Source: an uncultured Nitrospiraceae bacterium (GTDB lineage: Bacteria > Nitrospirota > Thermodesulfovibrionia > Thermodesulfovibrionales > SM23-35). Taken from it: DNA of 64,000 bases. The notes under the pieces were generated by a model, which was given only the letters and a program-made list of their open reading frames with translations, was not told the DNA's origin and did not search any database. How positions within the stretch are numbered: position 1 is the first letter of the stretch; each line of letters begins with the position of its first letter. Of the stretch, positions 9,448 through 19,055 are shown piece after piece. The stretch covers positions 832,001-896,000 of the forward strand of contig CAVSHB010000001.1 of the NCBI GenBank assembly GCA_963727775.1. The letters run 5' to 3'. The position numbers and the translations under genes were made by a program.

Positions 9448-12400
9448 TATTTAAGCTTGAAATCTACTCTGCTGTTTTTAAGCTTCTCTTTCTTTTCAGG
9501 CTCGAGAGATTTTGGTTCTACTAAAAACATCCTGTCTGCCGTAACCTGTCCGGACTTTAATATGTAATCCTTAATCTTGAGTGCCCGCTGGGAGGCAAGC
9601 TGCCGCAAGTCGTCATCCTTCACTTCTATATGGGTGAGCATCAATTTTTCCATCTCGGGCACGGGAAGGTCTTTAGCAAAGCCAATTATGTTCCTAGGCT
9701 TCGGAAACTTTTCTTCCTTATATGCCATTTTCAGGTACTTGGCATATTCCTCTTTCTCTATAGTCATCTTATCCACTGGAACAGCAGGCTGCCCTTTCTT
9801 AACAAGGTCCTTCAGTTTCTGCGCTTTCACTTTCTTTTTGAACAGATACTGCTTAAGTCCCTCCTTGTCTTTGTCAATATCAACATGTCCCTCCATCTCA
9901 AGTTTTAAGGCCGGCCTGTCAAAGAGGGCCTTAACCAGGGTGTCCAGTTTCTTCACATCTTGCACAGCCACATCGCTGCTACCATAATCAAACTCCACAT
10001 AGCTAAGTTCCTCTCCACCTCCGAACATCGCTCCAAGAAGGGCAAAGGGTGAAGTGGCAGCCTTGGCTATCAGATTGAGCAGTATCTTAATTATTATCCT
10101 TCCGATGCTGAACTTAGGATCGTTAATATATCCGGACACAGGAACGTCCAGTTTGATTTCACCCTTTCTATTTTTAAGCAGAGCTATGGCAAGTCTCACG
10201 GGCAGTTTTGTGGCCTTGGGACTTTCAACCTTATCACCGAGAGTGAATTGGTCAAGGAATATGTTGTTTTTGGAGTCAAGTTTCTTTTTCACTATGAGGT
10301 ACTGAAGATTGAGAGAAAGCGCTCCCTTTTGTATTGTGTACCCCAGATACCTGCCGGAATAAGGGGTCACCGGGCTCAGGTCCATGTTTTTAAAATCGAT
10401 CTTTAGGTCAACGTACAGATCATCTCTCAATGGGTTTATCTTGCCCGTAATTTCAAGAGGGGCATAGTTTTCAAGTTTCCCCCGTAGATCCACGTCGGCA
10501 AACATGTTCTCCTCTGACGAAAGCCCTGATACCTTCCCCCCCATTTCAAGAAAGCTGGAGGAGTAATTGGGTTCGATGTGCCTGTCCGAAAAATTTATTG
10601 TGCCCCCTTGAAAAGTAATGGTATCTATCTTTATAAGCTTTTCGGGCTTTTGCGGTGGAGCCTCAACGACCGGTTTTGTGACAATGTCAGCAGGTTTTCC
10701 CTGTGCAGCTTCAGAAGGCTTTTGAGGCTCACTGCCTGGTATCCCTGGAGCGGCTTCTACAGGCTTTGCGTATGCCTCTACAATGGGTCCCTCAGACTTA
10801 TTCTGCGTGGAAGTTGGTTCACTGCCTTTTTCCTGCATTACTCCCTGAAGGTTTATCGAGCCGTCTTTATTTATAATGATGCGCGAATAGAAATCAGTCA
10901 GCGCCACCTGGGTTATATTGATGTAAAGGGGATTGGATGTGGCATCCATTCCTCCGAAATAAAGAGAATTCCATTTCAGAAAATCCTCGGCATTTGCTTT
11001 GTCAAGGGAAGCAAAATTCCTGACTGAGGCTTCGCCCTTGTATGAAGCCTTCATGATGCCATCTTTTGAATAACCGGTAGAAACATTTCCGTTTAACGAG
11101 ATATCGCCCTGGGTGACGATGATCTTGACACGGTCTGTAAAGTACGACTGGAACGGGGCAATCTCAACACCCTTGACATTCAGCTTCATATTTGCGGTGG
11201 GCGGATTGACGCCGACAGAGCCATTTGTCGTGACAGAGCCTTTTTTGTTGAACACAAAAGACAAAGATGCCCTGCCTTTTGAGTTTTTTGCAGTCGAAAG
11301 GTTGGTCCCCTTAAAGTTAATCCGTTCGGCAATCAGATTGACGGGCTCCTTAGGCATAGAGTCCTCTATCTTCAGAGCATAACGATCTACGGCAATTTCT
11401 TTTAGCGTAACACGCAATTCCTGCCCCTTTTGTGTCTTCCCGGGTTTTCCACTCGGCACCGCGGATTCGGGCACAAGGTTTTGGATGTTGAGCTTGCCGT
11501 CATCATAGCGTCTTATTTTTAAAATGCCCTTCTGGGTTGAAAGTGTGCCTACGTTGACCTCTCGTTTTGCGAGGTCCACTGAAGTATTCTTAAGTGATGC
11601 CTCGGGGATGTTAAGGAAATCATCCTTCTCCCCCCGCTTTCTCAGTTTCAGTGAAGTTAATGCGGCTGAAAGCTCTGCTAATCCCATCTCGGGCTCTTTT
11701 TCTGTCTTTTTAAACATATATTTTGTCGAAAGGTCGAGCGCGCCTTCCTCGACGTTAAAGAGAACGCTTTGAGAGTAATAGGGAGAATATTTCTTGAGTT
11801 GTATCTGGCCGAGTTCCAGAACGCCTTCGGACATTAATGGATTGATCGAAAAATCACTTTCGAGCTTCACGCTTTCTTTGGACTCCGTCTGCAATGAAAG
11901 ATGTGCCTTTGCCTTCTTATTCAGTGCAGTACTCAGATTATCGATTCCGATATCTATCATCTCCAGTGTGGTTTTGAAAGGTATTGATTTGAAATCTGAA
12001 AACTCTATCTTCCCGGCTGCGACCCGAATCTGATCGGCATCCAAAGAGAGAGGAGTTGTTTCCTTATCGGACATTTTTTCCTCTCGCTCTTTTTCAGGCA
12101 GAAGGGCCAGCAGGTTGATTTTCGCAGATCTGTCACGCGATATGTTCAACTCCGGCGATTGAACCATCACCCTTGTCAAGTGTATTTTTTTTGCGATTAA
12201 GTCCGATGGAGCAAAAGATATCTCAAACGCTGGGAGAGATACGAGGGGATTCTGTTTAAGGTCAACAACCTTAATTTTCTTAAACGCGACATTACCTGAC
12301 ACATTCAAGGAAGGCGGCTTGTCTCTATACTGGACATATGAAACTCCCGTGTTTACATCCAGAAATCCGGACGGCATCTTGAAGGACATCTTGAATGGAG

Positions 12401-13121
12401 AGTATGCCAAATAGAATGGTATATCCAGGTCTTTGATGCTAATATCCAAATTAGTTTCATAGGAGTCCTTAAAAGGTTTTGCCTTGCCTTTGAAAGAAAC
12501 AGGGGTGCCATTGACCTTTGCCTCAAATGACGGCTGTACGTATATGTCGACATAATGGGGCAGGCTGGATATAAAGGGTACCTTTATATCCATATCCCTC
12601 AGCTTGTGTGCTGTGTGTTTCGGGCCGTCATAAAAGTCGATACTTCCGTTAAGGATTTGTATATTGTTAAGGGAAAACCTGGGCTTTTTTTCTTCTTTTT
12701 TCGGCTTGGATTCCAGGAGGTCCGAAAAGTTGTAAGAACCGTCTTTGTTTCTAACTATGTTTACGTAGGGCTTGCTCACTTTAATCTCGCTGAGAATCAA
12801 CCCTCTTTTTAAGATAGAGATACTCTGTAAGTTCAGGTAAAGTTCATCAAAGGATACAAAGGCATCCCGGCCATTTCTTTCATTAACCAGAAATCCTCTC
12901 ACTGTTACGGACAGCACGAAGGGGTTTACCTTTACCTGCCTTATGGAAACTTGACGGTGAAGTTCTTCGGAAAGCTTTTTTGTGAGGACGGATTTGAGTA
13001 TGGGCGGGACTACAAAAAAGCCGACAACAGAGAAAACAATAAGGAATATCAGAGTCCCGATAAAAGTCTTTTTCGCGGTCTTACCGGATTTTATATCTTT
13101 AAGCTTGAATGTGATTGTCAT
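9447..13121 (-). CDS. DUF748-repeat AsmA-like envelope protein with OmpA-like C-terminus
   Basis: N-terminal TM anchor; repeated beta-rich units (..RNKDGSYNFSDL..); PVRLAIALLK; C-terminal LASQRA..SRVDF. Confidence 0.8.
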   Translation of the reverse strand: MTITFKLKDIKSGKTAKKTFIGTLIFLIVFSVVGFFVVPPILKSVLTKKLSEELHRQVSIRQVKVNPFVLSVTVRGFLVNERNGRDAFVSFDELYLNLQSISILKRGLILSEIKVSKPYVNIVRNKDGSYNFSDLLESKPKKEEKKPRFSLNNIQILNGSIDFYDGPKHTAHKLRDMDIKVPFISSLPHYVDIYVQPSFEAKVNGTPVSFKGKAKPFKDSYETNLDISIKDLDIPFYLAYSPFKMSFKMPSGFLDVNTGVSYVQYRDKPPSLNVSGNVAFKKIKVVDLKQNPLVSLPAFEISFAPSDLIAKKIHLTRVMVQSPELNISRDRSAKINLLALLPEKEREEKMSDKETTPLSLDADQIRVAAGKIEFSDFKSIPFKTTLEMIDIGIDNLSTALNKKAKAHLSLQTESKESVKLESDFSINPLMSEGVLELGQIQLKKYSPYYSQSVLFNVEEGALDLSTKYMFKKTEKEPEMGLAELSAALTSLKLRKRGEKDDFLNIPEASLKNTSVDLAKREVNVGTLSTQKGILKIRRYDDGKLNIQNLVPESAVPSGKPGKTQKGQELRVTLKEIAVDRYALKIEDSMPKEPVNLIAERINFKGTNLSTAKNSKGRASLSFVFNKKGSVTTNGSVGVNPPTANMKLNVKGVEIAPFQSYFTDRVKIIVTQGDISLNGNVSTGYSKDGIMKASYKGEASVRNFASLDKANAEDFLKWNSLYFGGMDATSNPLYINITQVALTDFYSRIIINKDGSINLQGVMQEKGSEPTSTQNKSEGPIVEAYAKPVEAAPGIPGSEPQKPSEAAQGKPADIVTKPVVEAPPQKPEKLIKIDTITFQGGTINFSDRHIEPNYSSSFLEMGGKVSGLSSEENMFADVDLRGKLENYAPLEITGKINPLRDDLYVDLKIDFKNMDLSPVTPYSGRYLGYTIQKGALSLNLQYLIVKKKLDSKNNIFLDQFTLGDKVESPKATKLPVRLAIALLKNRKGEIKLDVPVSGYINDPKFSIGRIIIKILLNLIAKAATSPFALLGAMFGGGEELSYVEFDYGSSDVAVQDVKKLDTLVKALFDRPALKLEMEGHVDIDKDKEGLKQYLFKKKVKAQKLKDLVKKGQPAVPVDKMTIEKEEYAKYLKMAYKEEKFPKPRNIIGFAKDLPVPEMEKLMLTHIEVKDDDLRQLASQRALKIKDYILKSGQVTADRMFLVEPKSLEPEKKEKLKNSRVDFKLK

Positions 13122-13317
13122 TAATCACATTGTATCATGATATGCGTGCAATGTTAATTCGTGCATGGTCTGAAAAAAGAGAGAAAGTCAAACATCCCCT
13201 ACAAAAAATATCAAACTTCCCTGACAGACATTTTTAGTGACAAAAGCTATTCTTATTTGGAGGTATCTGTTTGTAAAGTCGTAGGGCCGTCATACGGAGG
13301 ATTCATGACAGAAGGGG

Positions 13318-13957
13318 ATGGCCGCACAATATGAAAGAAGATTTCGCCGCAAAGACGGCAATGAGCTTTGGACGATTGTATCTGCAAAACCGATTATGGA
13401 TGGCGGGGACTGTTTCCTCGGTTTTTTTGCAGTTTAAGTGAACCGGGAAAAAGGACCATATTATATATTTACCATTAATACATGCAAAGGCGGCAATGGT
13501 GGAATCTGAAGTTATGCAAACTATCGGGTCGGGTTCAGAGACAGTACTGTTAGCGGAGGATGACCCCGATGTGAGAGCATTCATGAAGGACTTGCTTGAA
13601 GAATATGGGTATAAGGTAATAGAGGCAATAGACGGAGAGGATGCAATAAATAAATTAATGGTGTATAAGGACAACATCCACCTTGCACTGCTTGACGTAG
13701 TAATGCCGAATAAGAACGGCAGAGAGGTGTACGATGAGATAAAGAAGATAACACCTGATATCAAAGTGCTCTTTATGAGCGGATATCCGGCGGATATCAT
13801 TCACAAAAAAGGGATCATTGAAAAGGGGTTCGCGTATATCGAAAAACCTGCCTCTCCGACAAGACTATTAAAAAAAATACAGGAGGTTTTAGGAAATTCA
13901 TCCTTTGCTTTAAAGTCAGAACCCTCAGAACTGGGGACAGGACAGGCGCGTCCGTAA
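13318..13957 (+). pseudogene. Remnant of a PAS-HK-REC hybrid kinase; only the receiver ORF (13496-13957) is open
   Basis: PAC motif QYERRFRRKDGNELWTIVSAKPIMD (13318-13437) directly abuts a frameshifted HATPase tail SEPGK../IYLPLI, followed by the GSETVLLAEDD receiver. Confidence 0.72.
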
Positions 13958-14677
13958 TTCAGCGAGTTCTTTCTGGTAAGCATAAAGGTGCAAACCGTCA
14001 CTGGCGGCATAAAGGTGGCCTACAGGTATGCCGACTTCATCTGAAATAAATTGCTGTAGTTTGACAAAACCTGCCAAATTTTCAGGCATGCCCGCATACA
14101 GGTCCCAACTCCTAAAAAAAACAGACATATTGAGTTTAGAGCGTGAATAATCAAGTTTGTCATTATCGTACGCGGGAATAACTTTAAATGTAATGAGCCT
14201 GAGACACGGCGGATCGAGTTTGCCGTCTTTGCCGCAGCAGTCATAAATATCTTCAGGCATTCCTATTTCTATTATCGCCTGATTGGTGATAGGAGTTTTC
14301 TTAAGCATGTCAATGACATGAAAGAGTGAGATATTGATGCGCTGGCCATAGGTGTAAGTCTCATTTTCAGCGAGTTCGCTGCCGATTATGTATTTCTCAA
14401 AATACTCCTGCGCTTTCTCTGCGGACGTCGGCGCTGGGATATTGGAACCTTCAGGCATTATTACGATTGGGTCTATCAAAGGGTATTCGACAACTCCCAG
14501 GAAATAAGGAAACTGGAGGCGACTCTGCTCTCCCTCAAAGGAGCCATACTGTATTGTGCCTGTCTGATACGCATGGATGAAATTGCCCTGCTCATCCGTT
14601 TCGAGAATTGCGTAAAGCGTTCTGAACCACAGGTCATTAATGGTTTTGGCTTGTATGGGAAAAAAAGACATTTTCAT
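13925..14677 (-). CDS. thyA: Thymidylate synthase family protein (short, archaeal-like ThyA)
   Basis: YTYGQR, catalytic PPCL, FRSWDLYAGMPEN, GLHLY. Confidence 0.8.
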   Translation of the reverse strand: MKMSFFPIQAKTINDLWFRTLYAILETDEQGNFIHAYQTGTIQYGSFEGEQSRLQFPYFLGVVEYPLIDPIVIMPEGSNIPAPTSAEKAQEYFEKYIIGSELAENETYTYGQRINISLFHVIDMLKKTPITNQAIIEIGMPEDIYDCCGKDGKLDPPCLRLITFKVIPAYDNDKLDYSRSKLNMSVFFRSWDLYAGMPENLAGFVKLQQFISDEVGIPVGHLYAASDGLHLYAYQKELAELRTRLSCPQF

Positions 14678-15019
14678 AAATTAAACAACCTCCGCTCGGA
14701 TAATTATATTACATATCCGTCAAAATTCTCCATCATGATAACCGGTCTTAATGCCCTCCTAAAATTTGGAGGAGAGCCGTGGCAAAGGGAATTAATTACC
14801 AAGAGTTTTACTGATTTAAAATAATAATGATCGCATAAATTTATCGTACAAAATAATCTTAGGTTTTTAAATCGGAATTTGATAAAATGCAAATAATAGG
14901 GGATGTTTTTCAGATCGTAAAACGATAAGAGCATTTTATATGAAAGGGGGGGATTAGGAGATAAAATGCAGAATTATTTTTCCGGATAACTTGAACTAAA
15001 AAACTAAAGGGAGGGCTCC

Positions 15020-15685
15020 ATGTCAAAAAAAATAATTGTAATTTCGATGTTGTTGCTTTCAATATTCGCCTTTTCAAATTCCGCATTGGCGGTCTGGGAC
15101 CTCAGTGACAGTGGATATTGGATCAGCGGAAGTCTGACGGTCAAGGCTAATTTCCCGAACTTGGTCACTGCGACTGTTACATTGCCGAAGGTGCAGAATT
15201 TGGGTGAATATTTCATATTCTATTCAGATGGTACTTTCGAGGGTGAGCTGATAGGTACTCTCTTTGGACTCTTGGGCGGAGATTTATATTCGTATCCTTG
15301 GTGGGAAGAGGACAGCAAGGGCAACTTTACTGTCCATTTGGACGACTTAGTTGATGAATTTGCATCCTCGCTTACTGATCTTGGTCTTGATGTATCATAT
15401 AAGACCCCTAATATTACGGGAAAGGTGGATAAAAACGGGAACATAAGCGGTAAACTCAACATGGTGCTTAATTTAGGGATCGATACCTCAGGCTCGGACT
15501 TCTACACGGATTATATTACCGGCTCCATTACCATTACCACAAGCTATAAGGGAACTTATGACCCAAGCTTTTTTTCTTATTCTTTGAAGCAGGGCAAAAA
15601 GGCTTCATCCGGGATGTCTGCGAAGAAGATACTGGGAGACTTTATTACCTCAATAAAAAGCCAGTTGCCGAAGAAACAGCAGTAA
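15020..15685 (+). CDS. Secreted hypothetical protein
   Basis: GGGAGG RBS; Sec signal peptide ending ALA; beta-rich mature part. Confidence 0.75.
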   Translation: MSKKIIVISMLLLSIFAFSNSALAVWDLSDSGYWISGSLTVKANFPNLVTATVTLPKVQNLGEYFIFYSDGTFEGELIGTLFGLLGGDLYSYPWWEEDSKGNFTVHLDDLVDEFASSLTDLGLDVSYKTPNITGKVDKNGNISGKLNMVLNLGIDTSGSDFYTDYITGSITITTSYKGTYDPSFFSYSLKQGKKASSGMSAKKILGDFITSIKSQLPKKQQ

Positions 15686-15705
15686 AGTTATTGCAAAGAA
15701 TCTTT

Positions 15706-15755
15706 AGTGACGGAAGGTAGAATCGATATTTCCGACACTCCCTTCCGTCACTTTT
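15706..15755 (+). terminator. Intrinsic terminator-like hairpin
   Basis: AGTGACGGAAGG...CCTTCCGTCACT 12-bp perfect stem followed by TTT. Confidence 0.55.
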
Positions 15756-15764
15756 CAGAGCTAA

Positions 15765-16751
15765 ATGAAAAAACTGATTGTCTTAACCTTTACAATCTCG
15801 GTCTTATTCATTCCGACTGCCGCATTTTCCTGGGGACAGGCGACGCATGCGTATTTTGCAAAAGAATTGAGCAACGGAGTGCTCGATTCCGGCGAAATTT
15901 ACGGGGCTACAGCGCCGGATATATTTAATCTTATGTTTGATTCTCCATATTATGATTACCTGGTTCAGCAGACACATCATCAGAGTCTGAAGGTGAAGAT
16001 GCGGGCACGAAGGATGAAACTCGATTCTTTTGCCTTCGGATTTATAAGCCATAATGAGAGCTGGGGCGCTGATTATACCGCTCACATAAAAGGGCTCACG
16101 ACCCGGAAAGGTTATGTGATCACAAAACGCGATTTATTGGCCCCTAAGTTAAGGCCGCAATTGCAGGTTATTCTTAATGATGCAGGTGTTCAGTATGCTT
16201 CCTTAATTGCAGGTCCGCTGGCCGATGGACTGGCCCATCCTTTAATAGAAGCGGCTGTCGATCTCCTGATTAAAAGAAATGAAGATCCATTGATCGGGGT
16301 CGAAATACGTGATTCAGCCGAGAGTCGTCCTGCGGCGGTCCCTGATCTTCTCGTTGCAGCCTATGCGGGCGGATTATCTCATTCTATGAAGATATCCCCG
16401 GAAGATGCGTCCGGAATTATTCGTGAAGCTGAATCCGTGTTCCGGCAGATAATGATCCGGTACGGCGAGATTCTGACAGAAGATGAGCCGGTCGCAATGT
16501 CAGATCTGGCAGAGCAGGGAGCTGCTTTAATTGAAAGCTATGTTGAATCCATCGTGGGTACGAATGTCGATATTCCGTCCGATGTTTTAGTCGAATTCCT
16601 TGGCCTTGCCGTTCAACAGGTCGAGGACGATTACCAGACGGAAATTGAAGCAACACTGGCTTACCTGAAAGGCCGTAAGGAAATATCCAATTATCTTCGA
16701 TGTATCCAAAGCCGCTCGGTCCTTGAACGATTTATTTTTTGCAGGTATTAA
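15765..16751 (+). CDS. Secreted zinc-dependent phospholipase C / S1-P1 nuclease-fold protein
   Basis: Signal peptide then mature N-terminal WGQATH; GATAPD; GFISH..AD..AH. Confidence 0.65.
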   Translation: MKKLIVLTFTISVLFIPTAAFSWGQATHAYFAKELSNGVLDSGEIYGATAPDIFNLMFDSPYYDYLVQQTHHQSLKVKMRARRMKLDSFAFGFISHNESWGADYTAHIKGLTTRKGYVITKRDLLAPKLRPQLQVILNDAGVQYASLIAGPLADGLAHPLIEAAVDLLIKRNEDPLIGVEIRDSAESRPAAVPDLLVAAYAGGLSHSMKISPEDASGIIREAESVFRQIMIRYGEILTEDEPVAMSDLAEQGAALIESYVESIVGTNVDIPSDVLVEFLGLAVQQVEDDYQTEIEATLAYLKGRKEISNYLRCIQSRSVLERFIFCRY

Positions 16752-16907
16752 AACGCATCCGCAGGTCGGACCTTATTACCATTCACCAAAGACTATTACG
16801 AGCATAATTTTATTATGAATATGATAGAAGCGCATGTCCGGTCCGCGTGAAAACGTGTCAGGAAAGATGGGGGATTATGCTAAAATATTTCAACCGAATA
16901 TCTGCCC

Positions 16908-17972
16908 ATGAAGATAATACATAAGTCGATACTAAAAGAATTAAGCTTGACCTTTATCCTCAGCCTTGCCTGCTTGAATTTTATCCTGATGATGGAAAAG
17001 CTTATCAGACTGAGCAGATTCCTCTCGGGTGTCGGTTCATCGACAACTGATATGGGCGCCCTCGTTATGTATATCCAGCCTCAGTTGTTTCTGCTCACGA
17101 TCCCGATGGCGCTTTTGCTTTCAACATTGCTTACCTACGGACGTCTCAACATGGATAATGAACTTGTGATACTGAGGGCCAGTGGAATGGACTTTAAAGG
17201 TATCTCGGTGCCCGTTATTATCGTCGGTCTCTTGTGTTTTTCTATGAATGTTGCCGTAAGTTTTTATCTGGGGCCCAAAAGCAGCATAGCGCTCAGGGAG
17301 AAGATGATAAATATTATCAAGATGCGCGCCCCGCTCGCTATCGAAGAAGGCAGGTTTAATACCTCTTTTAAGAACACTCTGATCTTTGTGAAGGAGAAAA
17401 CGGCTGATAATAAAATGCGGGGAATTTTTATGTATGACAACCGGAATAGGAACGAACCAAGGGTGCTGACAGCAAAAGAAGGGAAAATCTTCGCACAGGA
17501 TGAGATGAATATAAACCTTTTGCTTGAGGACGGGTATATCAACATAGTTAATGATAAAAGTATCACCGATTTGTTTTTTAAGAAATACAATCTGATAATG
17601 AAACTCGAATCCGACACCCCGGGAAAGAAGCACAGTGAACTCACTCCGTATGAGCTGATGGAGAAGATAAAGAACTACAAGAGTGAAGCCATGTCCTTAT
17701 ACCCGGAACTGTACAGAAGGTTCTCACTCCCTCTCCTGTGTATAATCCTTATGTTTTTTGGGCCGCCGCTCTCGATGATAGCAGGAAAGTCCGGCAAGCT
17801 CGGAGGGTTGACCCTTGGCCTGGCTGTGTTCACAAGCTACTATATGCTGCTTATATACAGTGAAAATCTCTTTAAAGTGGGCAAGGTCCCGCATTATATC
17901 GGCGCCTGGATACCGACTCTTGTTATTGGAATATTGGCCTTATCGATATTCTGGAAAGAAAGCTCGCGATGA
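16908..17972 (+). CDS. lptF: LPS export ABC permease LptF
   Basis: YjgP/YjgQ layout; RLNMDNELVILRASG; paired with lptG. Confidence 0.88.
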   Translation: MKIIHKSILKELSLTFILSLACLNFILMMEKLIRLSRFLSGVGSSTTDMGALVMYIQPQLFLLTIPMALLLSTLLTYGRLNMDNELVILRASGMDFKGISVPVIIVGLLCFSMNVAVSFYLGPKSSIALREKMINIIKMRAPLAIEEGRFNTSFKNTLIFVKEKTADNKMRGIFMYDNRNRNEPRVLTAKEGKIFAQDEMNINLLLEDGYINIVNDKSITDLFFKKYNLIMKLESDTPGKKHSELTPYELMEKIKNYKSEAMSLYPELYRRFSLPLLCIILMFFGPPLSMIAGKSGKLGGLTLGLAVFTSYYMLLIYSENLFKVGKVPHYIGAWIPTLVIGILALSIFWKESSR

Positions 17973-19048
17973 AAATAATTCGGCGTTATTATATCATGGA
18001 ATTTTTTAAAGTAATGGGTATAATCGCCCTCGGGCTCGCGGCGGTGTTCAGCCTGTTGGACCTGGTCAACAATATTGATGAATTCTTGCCGGGGAAGGCG
18101 TCAGTCGGCGGCTTTGCTTATTACTCCTCATTAAGTTTTCCGAAATACCTTTATTACCTCTTGCCCACGTCGCTGCTTATCTGCAGTCTATTCGTGTTCA
18201 GCCAGGCATCACGCCATAAAGAAATTGTCATCATTAAAGCCGTAGGAGGACGACTTAGACGGCTGTTTTATCCGTTCATTGTCCTGGGGATTTTTTTCAG
18301 CTTATTCGGGTTTGTTCTTGGAGAGGGTGTGATGCCTAATTTTTCAGAGCGTTCTATCGAATTCAAAAAAACACATATGAAAAGCGGTGGTACCCTTGAA
18401 TTTAAAGAGGGCACCCTCTGGATAAGAGGTACGGACAATTCTCTGGTAAGGATGGGACTTTACATACCGGACAAAAAACTTGCCAGAGGAGTAAGCATTT
18501 TCATTTATGATCAAACAGCCCTGAAGAAAAGGATAGAGGCAGCAGAGGCAGTATGGTTCGGGAATGAAGGTTTACAAGGCATGTGGAAGTTAAGAAAAGT
18601 AATTATCTATGATATCGAAAAGGGCGCTGTCAGCAACATGACGGAGATGGAGTATCCGTATCTTGAATCTCCTGATTTATTCACAAAAGCAATAAAGAAC
18701 CCTGAAGAAATGGGGATAGGAGAACTTTCCCGCTATATCAGGAGAATGAAAAACGAAGGATTCAACGATCCGAAGCTTATCGTCGACCTTAACTCAAAGA
18801 TATCGTTTCCTTTGACGAACCTCTTTATGGTCCTCCTTGGGATGTCCTTTTCGGTGATGAGCAGGATAGGGGGTGGAATCGTCGCCGCAGGTCTCGGAAT
18901 ATTCATAAGTATTATTTACTGGCTCATGTACACGCTGGTGCTTTCGATGGGCTATGCGAGAATCATCCCTCCGTTTGTCTCTACATGGATTGTGGCGATT
19001 CTGTTCGGCTCGATCGCGGTATACCTTTTTATGAAGATACCTGAATAG
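17969..19048 (+). CDS. lptG: LPS export ABC permease LptG
   Basis: YjgP/YjgQ layout; SRHKEIVIIKAVG; ATGA overlap with lptF. Confidence 0.88.
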   Translation: MKIIRRYYIMEFFKVMGIIALGLAAVFSLLDLVNNIDEFLPGKASVGGFAYYSSLSFPKYLYYLLPTSLLICSLFVFSQASRHKEIVIIKAVGGRLRRLFYPFIVLGIFFSLFGFVLGEGVMPNFSERSIEFKKTHMKSGGTLEFKEGTLWIRGTDNSLVRMGLYIPDKKLARGVSIFIYDQTALKKRIEAAEAVWFGNEGLQGMWKLRKVIIYDIEKGAVSNMTEMEYPYLESPDLFTKAIKNPEEMGIGELSRYIRRMKNEGFNDPKLIVDLNSKISFPLTNLFMVLLGMSFSVMSRIGGGIVAAGLGIFISIIYWLMYTLVLSMGYARIIPPFVSTWIVAILFGSIAVYLFMKIPE

Positions 19049-19055
19049 CAGCGAT

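Noticed and set aside
13925..14677. ThyA-like gene as a DNA base-modification enzyme
   Set aside because: Asn at the specificity position (MPEN) fits dUMP; no modification or phage genes nearby
14704..14934. 76-aa ORF in an AT-rich spacer
   Set aside because: No motifs or convincing RBS; probably a divergent promoter region
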